A stretch of 62,427 bases of DNA, filler included, from Sluysia triapertura (lineage: Eukaryota), in NCBI GenBank assembly GCA_046118255.1. It is 5 parts of 5 records of this genome, joined end to end, with 100 filler letters (N's around TTAATTAATTAA, not from the genome) between each part and the next. Parts side by side here need not be neighbours in the genome. Positions count along the whole stretch, not along the records: positions 25,324 to 39,780 come from JBJNIA010258515.1; 4 more parts are not named here. The stretch is one strand, 5' to 3'. The position numbers and the translations under genes are program-made. Within the stretch, counting starts at the first letter, position 1; every line of letters begins with the position of its first letter. This document shows positions 26,776 through 37,131 of this stretch, piece after piece. The notes under the pieces are model-generated. The model was not told the origin of the DNA and made no database searches. It saw only the letters and a program-made list of their open reading frames with translations.

Positions 26776-27179
26776 TTCAAATGCTTCTCTGCACTGATTA
26801 GGTAATATCTTAAATGGTTTAAGTACATTAGATAACTCTATTATGGACGAATGACTATGGTGACCGCGACTGATAGTTTTACCCTACTATCCATTATTAG
26901 AGTCGTCATTAGATTAACCTCTTTATAGACACTAATTACTTTAATATCTTTTACTTGTATTCGGTTCGGCATTTATTAAGGGCAGTCTTCCATATTTAGT
27001 AATGAAAATTTTCTGCCTATTTGTGGCTGGCTACAGTTAAATGTCTTTATCGCGTTAGTTGGATTTATTCCAAACATTGCTAATAGTATTATGATAAACA
27101 GTATATTATTTGTCGAATTACCTATTCTTGGTCTTGCATTATTTAATATGTTACCATTGTTGCCGATTAATTGTTTCAT
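26775..27179 (-). pseudogene. N-terminal part of an envelope glycoprotein, chuvirus-G/gB-like, truncated and joined to RT
   Basis: Signal peptide ILFIIILLAMFGINPTNA, then IKTFNCSQPQ..FSLLNMEDCP**; after a frameshift RGHHSHSSII (26845-26868; cf. CGxHSHxS) and QCREAFET. Confidence 0.75.
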
Positions 27180-27229
27180 TATATTTGTCGGCTCTTACGT
27201 TTTTTTGACTCTTCTTTCCTTTTATTATA

Positions 27230-27630
27230 TTGGGCCAACCTCCTTGATTTTCAATCCATAATTTAGTTTTCTTAATTACAAAATCTATAACTTTATCTAT
27301 TTTATTTTTGGTAACCATTCTTTCTTGGTTACATTGGTATATAGCATAAGTTAAGATTATTTTCAATTTTTCCTCATCCAATCCTTTATTAGTCAACTTA
27401 TTTATTACTACCTTATATTGTTCATTTTTATAAAATCACTAATATCTTTATCCTTATATATTTCTTCAAACTTTCTTATTAATTTATTTATAGAAACTTT
27501 ATACTCTTTGTTGATTTCCGCCATTAACTTCCTATATTTAGTAAAATTAGTAAATTTTTCGGATAAAAAGGCATAAATTATTCATTTAGTATCCAATTCA
27601 ATTTCATCAACATTTTCACAGTTTATTTTT
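27230..27630 (-). pseudogene. Bcl-2-like domain inside the Gypsy element
   Basis: BH2-like KLWIENQGGW (27235-27258). Upstream, across one frameshift and one stop: EIELDTK*IIYAFLSE (helix 1/BH4-like), KYRKLMAEINKEY (BH3 position) and YKVVINKLTNKGLDEEKLKIILTY (BH1 position). Total about 130 aa. Confidence 0.7.
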
Positions 27631-27639
27631 CATAAATCA

Positions 27640-28650
27640 TAAATTATAAAGAAGATCGCCATCATCAACAAATCCGACGTTATTATCTTCAAATAAAGAA
27701 AAAGAACAAGGAAATCAGTGCTTCATTTTATCAACGAGCGAATTAGTGGTATTATTCAATTTCAATAAATCCATTAACAATTTATTATCACAATAATTGT
27801 GTGATCCCCGCGTCTCCGATTAGAGGGGTAACACATCTACAGCAGCAATAATCAATTTGGAAGATCGATTTTGGACAATATTTTCGAAGATTTTGATTTA
27901 TTAAAATTTGTAAGTTTGGTTTATATAAGTGTTAACTTTCCGTAGAGTTATAAAATATACTTAAAATACTATTTTTCACGGTTGGTCATTAAGGCCAATC
28001 ACAAAATCAAACTAAAATCTAAAATCTCGAATATTTAGTTGGCCCTTAAGTTAAATAACAAAATCATTATCACAGACAGAGTCTTTGGCTAGGTCCTTAT
28101 TACAATTTAAAATATTATTTATATTATAATTTTATTGTTTTTTAGTGTTATTAATTATCATTTATTCATTTTGTTAAATTATTAATAATTGTGTTCTATT
28201 TTGTATTAAAAAAATGCTAGAACAATTTTGTGACTTTTGCATTATAATCTAAATTGAGTTCATAATAAATTTTTGACTCACGAATAATTTTCAATTAATA
28301 TAAAAGTTACGTCGATTTTAATTTTAACGAACGTGATATCGAAACTTAGAAATCTAAGAAAGAGTACGTTTTTATATTATCATTATTTACTTAATTTTAA
28401 CTTAAATATCTACTACATTAGCGTTGGTCTTACTTAGTTTTTAAGTAATCTGTTGTAAAACAACGATTTTTGCCCATTATTATTAAGTTGAGGCGAAGCA
28501 TCTTTTGTACGATTAATTTTGATAATTGCTTTCACGTAATTTTTACAGGTACGCCATTAAGTCTTACTGTAAACGGACTCATAATAATTAATTATTTTGT
28601 TTTAGGTTAGATTTTTTAGGTTAAGAAAACACCCAGCAAACTAAAATATT
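27640..28650 (+). repeat. Opposite-strand repeat inserted between Gypsy gag and the Bcl-2-like region; related to 300-1100
   Basis: Same shared blocks as 300-1100; contains ttggtcattaaggccaa (27982-27998) and ttggcccttaag (28039-28050). Confidence 0.65.
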
Positions 28651-28659
28651 TTTTTTATC

Positions 28660-29060
28660 ATCGGGAATTTTGGCTCTAGCCACTAAAGACTTTATTCGTG
28701 TACAGTTTCCTTACTTCTATGTTTTCGTCTATTGAGCATCTTGGCATAGTATTACCTATATCATCAAGAATTATTTTTCAGTTAAGCCATTGACAAACTC
28801 TTGCCAATTTTGCTTATATCTACCATCTATTTCCTTATAAGTCTGGATTGCAACTCAAGTTAAGTAGTTTTGTATACGTTTAATTTTCTCGATTTCGTTC
28901 CAGCCATTTGCTTCTGCAATACTATCATTCTCAAAAAGAAAGTCACAGAGTTCTTTCTCTGAGCCATTAAATTTTCTTAATTCAGGGAGTGCCTTTGTAG
29001 GCCTAATATCATTAACAAGTTGAGACTTATAGTCTCAAATTCCTCTATAAATAATGACAT
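28660..29060 (-). mobile_element. Ty3/Gypsy gag (capsid N-terminal part), decayed
   Basis: LPELRKFNGSEKELCDFLFENDSIAEANGWNEIEKIKRIQNYLT*VAIQTYKEIDGRYKQNWQEFVNGLTEK fits the Gypsy capsid pattern (F.G...A.ANGW...K....L.G.A...Y......W....L); same strand as pol. Confidence 0.85.
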
Positions 29061-29129
29061 TTTATAAGATTGTAATGAGTGATTTCTTCTAAGCTTGTCC
29101 TGTCCTTAGTAAATTCAATTATACTTGGT

Positions 29130-29695
29130 GTTCTATTGTAAAACTTAAAATCTTAAAAATAAACTTATAACGTATCAAAATCAAGATAAACTTACTTAAA
29201 TTTCAGAAAACTTAGTAAATTATTCAAAATCAGATAATGACACGACAGAAATTAATCTTAACTTCACTTAAAATTGAAATTACAATCAAATACCTTAAAC
29301 TTCAATCAAAAACTTAGTAAAACTCAATTAAACTAACTTAAAAATATTAATGACAAATCAAACTATTAAAAACATATACTCTACTTAGCTAATTTAAAAT
29401 AAACTTATAACTTATGTAACATGTCACATAAACTGTAAAACTTAAATTTATTAACAGAAACTTGTTGGGATAATATTAAAAATTTGTAAATATCTTAGAA
29501 AACTTATGAAACTTATCAAATCAGGAAAACGTATAAAATCGCTAATGCAACTTATAAACATTATAAACAATATTCAAAATAACTTATAACTTATATTTAA
29601 TCGAAATCAACTCATTAAACATAGTAGTTGATTGGACGTCCAATCAGGCTATCTTAACACTAAAATTATACTTCTTAGGATTGGACGCCCGCTCA
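29130..29695 (-). promoter_or_regulatory. Probable 5' leader of the Gypsy element
   Basis: Non-coding and rich in repeated aaactta(taac) words; directly upstream of gag; ends near the perfect palindrome TGATTGGACGTCCAATCA (29629-29646). No LTR or PBS identified. Confidence 0.45.
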
Positions 29696-29888
29696 GTATA
29701 AGAAATGATCTATTAAATTCATGTTAACAATTTTATTTTTAGTATCCATTAAAAATTGTACTCTTGCGGTTGTTGATGTGCACATGAGTGAAATAACAAG
29801 TATGAATAATCTTAATTTAATGGATGTCGTTATTGTTAATGCCATGAATAATTTTGCGATTCTATATGAAATTAATTTTGATAGTGAA

Positions 29889-30695
29889 ATGCAACATGCT
29901 AATGAGTCCGGAATATTATCAATGGAACTAGGAAAAAGTGACAAGTCTTCATTTCAAAATGTATTTCAAATAATGTCTCCAAACGAAACCTTATTTCTTG
30001 AAAAGACGCATAAAATAGATAAAACTGATATATCAGATTGCTCGTTTATTAAGTTCCACATTTGGGATTATCCTGATCAACTTGATGTAACCAATACAGT
30101 GATATGTAATAAAGATTTATTTAAAGCAGCTAAAGCAATTATTGTAGATATCGATGTATTAGACGAATTTACTGAACGAATTTACCCACACTTATGAAAC
30201 TAATAAAAATGTCATAATAGAAGTTTTTATACATAAAATTTATTTATTTAATGATGAACACAGCATCGAAATACAACGGGAAATTATAAAAAAAGCTTAA
30301 TGATGAATTAATGGAATTGGGTTTGGTAAATCCAAACATTGGGTACCATCTAACAAAAATATACTACCATTCAATATTTAACGTTTTCAGTAAAGTAGTA
30401 CAAAAACTGATTATATGTCTTAAAGTACGCGAGCTCATTTTCAACGTTTTTATTTTAAATGCAAGTTTGGAAAAGGCAACTTCTTTCGAGGTGGTCAATA
30501 AAAATTATTTAGCCACACATTCGATTATGATAATTAACGTACAAACATATGAGTTGGGTTCTGATGCGATCATTGTGGTGGCCGCTACCGCTAGTATACA
30601 TAATCCAAAGACATCTCAAATGTTGAATTCAATTTTTTCAAAACACATCTCTTCTTTAATCAAGTTAAGTGACAAAATGAACAATATAGTAATGC
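29889..30695 (+). pseudogene. RRAGC/D: Rag C/D (Gtr2-type) GTPase, intronless decayed copy
   Basis: MSPNETLFLE, FHIWDYPDQ, EVFIHKI, HSIFNVFSKVVQKLI and QTYEL. G1 reads ELGKSDKSS, G3 Gly is lost, G4 HKVD has become HKIY; two frameshifts (~30190, ~30298). Confidence 0.92.
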
Positions 30696-31155
30696 TGTCG
30701 TTCACTTGGCATAAATCACCATTATACCAATGTATTTCTCACGAAACCGAGTATATTAATAAAGATAATGTGATCTATATCAGTCAAATGTTCATTAGGT
30801 TTAATGTTGAAGTCTACCCGGACGATGATAATTCAATGACAAGATACAACAGGTTCAAGATCTATCACAAACAAAATTTTGGCTCCTTGATAAGCTCATA
30901 TAAATTCAATGTGGAAAACCGTCTTACTGTTAACGATTACATTAAGGTAAAACTTAATTTTTATGAGATAAAACTAACTTATATGTTGAGTTTTTATTTT
31001 AGATTCTTTAAAACTAATATAACGGCAGCATGTTCTCAGCTCAGTATGAAACAATTTGAATAAAAATTTTTGTTATTTTTTAGTGAAAATAAATTTACGT
31101 ATAATTTTTTTGAATTAATATTATTATTAAACGGATTTTTTGAATTAATAATAAA

Positions 31156-33450
31156 TTGGACTTGAAAAACCTTTTGTTAGGTTTCTTAGTTTTAGGACAA
31201 GTTTTTTCTGGTTTAATAGGAATTTATATTATTATTAAGCTAATAGCCTTGATCATATCTCAAGTATTTTCTGTTGTAGGAATATATAAGATATCAAGAT
31301 TAACTTTGCGATTAATCATAGGATGTTTTCCTTTCTTAGCTAAATATTTACTTCATCACCATGCGAATTCTCAGATAATGAAAACATATTATTACAGACC
31401 ATACAAAACGCAAATGGGAATAACTAAGTTCAGGAAGAAAATACGGAAGATATTAAAGAAAATAAATAAGAACCTAAAGATAATAAAAAAGCCTTTATAT
31501 CCAATTCCTCCAACGTCACCACCAAAGAATGTAGTCTATATGATTTGCGCAAGCAATAATTATTATGGTGCGAAATGACTAATGGTTAAAATAAGACTGA
31601 ATAAATGAATCTTTCTTAACAAGTGAAGAACTTCAGAATTTAAAAGATCACGTTTTCAATCTCGCAGGTGTAACAGGAGATTCTATAAAAATAGTAGGAG
31701 TAATAAAAGTTCAATGTGAACTAGACAAAAATAAATTTGAAACAACTCTAAGTGTTATGAAAGATTGCCCCGAAGATGTGATTATGGAAATGGATGTATT
31801 ATCATTGCTTAAAGCTTTTATTTTTGACTTTAACAAGGTAACATTAAAAGACAGAGACAAATCAAATGTCGACAAACAAATAATCATGATGCTAAACTCG
31901 TCATGGAATTTAAACTTAATTAACCACATAACGCAAAGTTTTCAAATAAATAGAAGATGGATAAGAGCCGTTATTGATACTGGTGCAAGTAACTCTATAG
32001 TTAATTACAATATGTTAACTACTTTAGAAATTTCTATGATGCATCAGCCAGCATTAACTGTCTATAGTATCAACAATACTTCCATTGACATAAATGGAGT
32101 ACTGCAATGTTAAATTACGATTTTAGATACGATTGTTTGTGTTCCAATACTAGTATGGGATAAATGTCCTTATGAAATAATTATAGGTTTATATGTGATT
32201 AAACACTTAGAAGATATAGTAATTCATAGTAGACACGGATTTGTAAAATTACCAGTAGGCTCACGTATAATTTTGCCACAAATAGTTTTCCCGTCTCCAG
32301 ACGTTCAATCAAATCAAACACAGGTTATATTACATGATTTTATAGCATAACACACTACTCCACATCATATGCATCTACCAGTTGTTCCTACACCAGACTT
32401 GACATCGGATTCTTCATCAGATAGTATAGACGTAACATCTGTTTCTTGAGAAATTAAACCTGATCATCTGAATATAATGCTGATTTCAAAACGTAATAGA
32501 GATACAACATTCAAGATAAAATCACCTTCTGTTTTAAGATTGCCTTTCTTAATTCTGCTATTATGTATTAGAATATGTAGCTGAAATCGAAGATGAAATG
32601 CGAAATACTAGAAATGCTTTACGATGTGGTGTCGAACAAACATTTATACTTAAAAATTTTTACAATGAATATTGGACAATAAATCCCATGATGAAAATTC
32701 CTAAACGTTCATTACTGATATATTGCATCTATTTTAAACCATTATTGATAGGGAAACCGTATACACTCTAAAACGGCTCTCAATGTCTTCATTATGCTAA
32801 TAGACATATGTTGATAACAATTTCTTTAGTAGATAATCATGGTAAATCTGTCGTTGAGAACTTTTACCAATCTCTTAAGGATCATACAATTGTATTAAAA
32901 TCCTCCGAAATTTCAACTAAAACTTTTAGTAACAGTCATTAAGAAAAATAATCTCTTGGACGGAAACTAAGTTGATAAGTAAGGTTACTTTGTTATTATT
33001 AGTGTTTATCATATGTTATGTATTATGGACAATATATTACATCTTCACCTTTGGGCGAAATTTTAGATTAGTAGTTAATGAGAAAATGCTACCTCTATTA
33101 GTTTTAATCATAATGATTTCATCAGCTAATTGCGAACACACTTTTAGGTCGCAATATTTCGAATTTCATAATTTAGATAGTGAAGTGAGAGTTAAGGTTC
33201 TAGATAATAATATTCGTGCAAAATTTACTTGTCTTCGACCGGCGAGACTTAATTTCAGTCAGAGTTATTATTCTCAGTTTAATTCTCAATTAGGTTTTGA
33301 TGATATTTGTGAGAGTGTTTGATAGTGAAACTGGGAATTGATTGGATGATGAGAGAGTATAAAATAAAAATTTTTAAAATTTTACAACACAATCGCACAA
33401 CACAAAAATTATGCTCATTTAAGTTAGAAGATCCATGTTCTTAGTAAGGA
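31156..33450 (+). mobile_element. Decayed RT-less element: TM/basic ORF, two tandem retropepsin-like domains, then signal-peptide/TM modules
   Basis: Domain 1 LAGVTGDSIKIVGVI...CPEDVIMEMDVL (catalytic DTG not seen). Domain 2 IRAVIDTGAS (31976-31984)...CPYEIIIGLYVIKHLEDIVIHS. Then LPFLILLLCIRICS and ORF 32972-33322 (TM + signal). Homologous to 7440-9720. Confidence 0.75.
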
Positions 33451-34389
33451 TATTATATTTGTTTTATCTTATTATTTTAATATTGCTATTTTGATTATCA
33501 TTATTATTATTTTTGGCGAAATATCTCAAAATTTTTCTTGTGGGAGACACCCTGCCCAATTTATTTTTAAAATATTTTGAATTAATTATTTGATTTTTAG
33601 CTATTTGTAAGATAATTTTATGGAAAACACTGCCAAATTCATTTTTAAAATAATTAGCATTACTATTTTAAACTTTCTGGATATTGATATTTTTAGTGTT
33701 TGTTCGTCACTCCTGGTTTCTTTAGACAGATTGTTATATCTCTGACACTATTATAAACGTTATTGTTAATCTCATTATTTTAGTCATTTTTAGTATTGTC
33801 AAGGACACTAAATAGCATATAATCTAAAAATATAAATTTGTATATAAACTAAAAATAACAAGTTAAAATTTAAATTTACGTACTTATGTATAAGTTAAAT
33901 TCTATAAATAAATTATGTTAGATTGGTATTATTATTATTATTATTATTTTTATTTATTATTAGTATTATTTTTTTATTAGTATTATTATTATTAAAATCA
34001 TTATCGGTATTATTATTCAATTCTAAAATTTAATTCTTTTAATTCCTTTCTTTTAACACTTTGAAAAATTGTTTAAGGACGCAAAAAAATATATAACTTA
34101 AAAACACAAGATATTGACACAATTTAAAACACCATTTATAAACACCATTAATTAGACACCATTTATTTGACAAAATTTATTACACAAGTTACAATATTTA
34201 TTCGTTCAAGTTTTTTGGAAATTATCGGTCAATTCACGCAATTCAAATTTACGTTTATTCGTTATCCCGATCAAATATTGTTTCTTCAATAATCATTTTG
34301 TAAAATAAGCCGTTATTTTGATTAATATAAGTTTATATTCTATTTTAATTATATTCTAATTGATAATTACCTTCTACATAATTTATTTT

Positions 34390-34880
34390 AATTGTTTTTA
34401 TCCCCCTTTTAAGAGGCGAGAAAATATTTTATAAATTAACAATAAAAGATTATATATTAATCTTATTTAAATTTTTATTTTGCTTTGTTATTATATATTT
34501 TGTAAATTTAACATTTTATTTATTTTATTGCCTAAAATTAGGTCGCCGATTTTAATCGGACATAAACTACAGGAACATTATAATTAAAGAAGTAATTTAT
34601 AATTAAGGTCCACCGTTTTTCTTATACGGTTGAAAACTTTTACTTAAAATAGCATTTGGATTTATAATTTAGACAATAAAGTTTTGTAAAATAATTGCGA
34701 TTTGAGTATTATTCGTAATTAGCATTTGATAAACTCTTTAAAAAACTAAAATTGATATTGCATAAGACACGATAAACCTTTCCCAAAATATATAATTGTT
34801 TCAAAATAAACATACTTGTACCTCCATATAGGTTCTTTTAAAATACTGCTTACAACTTAACCCTTAAGTGAGTAAGTTGT
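34390..34880 (+). repeat. ~480-bp non-coding repeat, copy 2 of 6820-7290
   Basis: Same conserved blocks as 6820-7290. Confidence 0.9.
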
Positions 34881-36199
34881 TATTATTATTTTAACTAAGA
34901 AAAACTTTATCGTACGAAGAAAAAGTGATTAATTCCGTTATTATGCATATTGAGAAAACTAATTTCTTTTCATAATAAATAAAATAGGTAGACTTTAAAA
35001 AATTTCTTGTTCATTAAATATTAGCGTCCTTAGTCAGTTGTTTAGAAGCACAGGTGCATTAATAATACTGATACACATCCTAATTTCTGTAATATTTATT
35101 TATTTGTATAGGTAAGGAAAAATATTTCTGAATAAAAAGTTTATTGTGACTGCATTATTGATTAAATTGAAATTGTTTATTTGTATTAACTTCTGCGAAA
35201 CGTACATCTAGCCACACTGTCTCTTGTAAAAAGTGACTTTGAATAACTTTCCGTTTCTCATTCAGAATAAAATGTGGTCCGTTTTTAATGGTCATGAAAA
35301 ATCCATGTGACTTTTACTAATTGGACTAGCAAATTCATTCGTAGTTTTTGAACGTTTATTGAAACTTTTATAGTGTTATTTGAACCGCTCTGTCCGACGA
35401 AGTATTTTATCCTAAACGGGATTTATTATAAAATATCAGATCTTGCTTATTAAAATGCATTTTTCCTTGAGTAATGATTTTGAAATTTCAGACCATAATT
35501 TTAGAATTTTGGATTTAAATAAATATAATAACTTTTTCACTTTTATATTTTGAGTCTTCTGCGATATTTGTCTTACTCAGTTAAGGACCAAATAGTAGGT
35601 GTCGCAACGAGGTTTGGAGGTCAAGAAAGATTCTATGCTTCGTTTGGATAGTGGATTAGAATCTGCTATCATAGCGAGGTTACTTTTGTTGCGATTTTAT
35701 ATATGCTCCATTTTATAAGGATCTTCAATTGAAAAATTTTTAAATTATTAAAAAAGGTAATCGTTATTATTATCTTGGATTTTATGATAATTTTACAGCT
35801 ATATAAATTAGTTTTGACATGCAAGGATATATATTACCTATGATTTCGTTACAAAAACAAATCTAGAATTTTCTCAAAATTTATTTAATATTCAAAAGAA
35901 TTAAAGCCAAAATATATAAGACGTTAACAATAGAATTTCATTAATGTTAAAATTACAAATAATGTTCCAATTTTATTAATGTTAGAAGAACAAATAATAC
36001 AAAAAATTTTAGTTCAACGATAAAATTTGGCACAATTTTTTATAAGATATGAAATTTTTTGTTATAACAAATATTATCGATATTCAGAATATAATTATGT
36101 GCATAATTGTTTATCAATTACCGTTGAGTTGAAAATTTCTTTAATTTATATTGTAGTATGTTAAAAATTACAACAATTTAAATAAGTAAATCAAGTAAA

Positions 36200-36295
36200 T
36201 GTTAGACGGGGCTATAGCTCAGTGGTACAGCATCGACTGCACAGACGATGGTCCCGGGTTCGATCCCCGGTTAGTCCATTTTACGAAGTCTAACA
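36200..36295 (+). mobile_element. tRNA-containing mini-element, short form; tRNA(Ala-like) pseudogene at 36208-36278
   Basis: TGTTAGAC-GGGGCTATAGCTCAGTGGTACAGC...GGTTCGATCCCCGG..TCCA-TTTT-...GTCTAACA. A and B boxes intact, anticodon arm decayed, 8-bp inverted ends. Confidence 0.88.
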
Positions 36296-36368
36296 ATAGA
36301 ATATAAACTTATATTAATTTGAACTGGTCAGAAAAATCGATTTCGTAATTTTGAATTAAAAAGAATAA

Positions 36369-36487
36369 TGTTAGACTTCATAAAAGGACTGACCAGAGAT
36401 CGAACCCGGGACCTCAGCCCTGTTCAACAATTTTTAGATTATTATAGTCAACCATACCAAATGGCACCTTATGCTTATATCTCAACA
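36369..36487 (-). mobile_element. tRNA-containing mini-element, internally deleted, ATAA duplication
   Basis: TGTTAGAC...CTCAACA flanked by ATAA (36365-36368) and ATAA (36488-36491); inverted relative to 36200-36295. Confidence 0.85.
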
Positions 36488-36868
36488 ATAAGGTTATAAT
36501 TTTTAAATAATGTATGTTATTAAAGATGTTTAATGACTTAAATTTGTTCCAAGTAATATATTTATAGCGATCTATAAAGCATCAATAATGAAAGAGACAA
36601 TTACTTCATTTGAATAATTTTCAAGAATAGTGCAAGTATTTCTATTAAAAACTTAATCTTACTTACAAAATATCTAAAGAGTCGGTTCGCCTAATATATA
36701 CCACATTTGGAAACGTAATATTAGGAATTTTCTTATAACTTAACTTAATTAACTTTAGAAAAACGTTTACTTATGACTTACGGCTTAGATGACAATGATT
36801 AACCGCTTGTAACTCTTTAATTAATTTATGATACAGCCATTTACAGCCAATTATATATTTTATAAGTA

Positions 36869-37131
36869 CGCAATCTGTATTAAGGCGTTGCTCTTCAAAA
36901 TAAACGAAAATTACGCAACCCGTATTAAGGTGTTGCTTAACAAAATGATTTTATAAGTTTATTATCGATTAAGAACAATCTAACACTCTTAAAGTATATT
37001 ACCAAAAAAACTAATTAAAATTCTTACAAAGATTAAAATTATAAAATCGATAAGTTAATAAACTAGCTCAATTCCGTTGGCAGTTTTAAAAGATTTTAAA
37101 ATAAGTTTCGCAACCGGTATTAAGGTGTTGC
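36869..37131. repeat. Three copies of a 23-bp hairpin motif
   Basis: cgcaatctgtattaaggcgttgc (36869), cgcaacccgtattaaggtgttgc (36914), cgcaaccggtattaaggtgttgc (37109). Confidence 0.85.

Noticed and set aside
26264-26801. Plus-strand ORFs 26264-26524 and 26610-26801 (also 29693-29944 and 31711-31929 on the minus strand)
   Set aside because: Antisense shadows of RT, Rag and protease coding sequence.
17300-29060. Alternative genetic code (TGA/TAA read-through) suggested by in-frame stops
   Set aside because: The stops co-occur with frameshifts in decayed elements, and the GLG1 exons translate cleanly in the standard code.
36208-36278. Functional tRNA gene
   Set aside because: The anticodon arm does not pair well and varies between copies, and it is embedded in a dispersed repeat. 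Treated as mobile-element cargo.
36869-37131. CRISPR-like array
   Set aside because: Only three repeats, with spacings of 45 and 195 bp, in a eukaryotic context with no cas genes.
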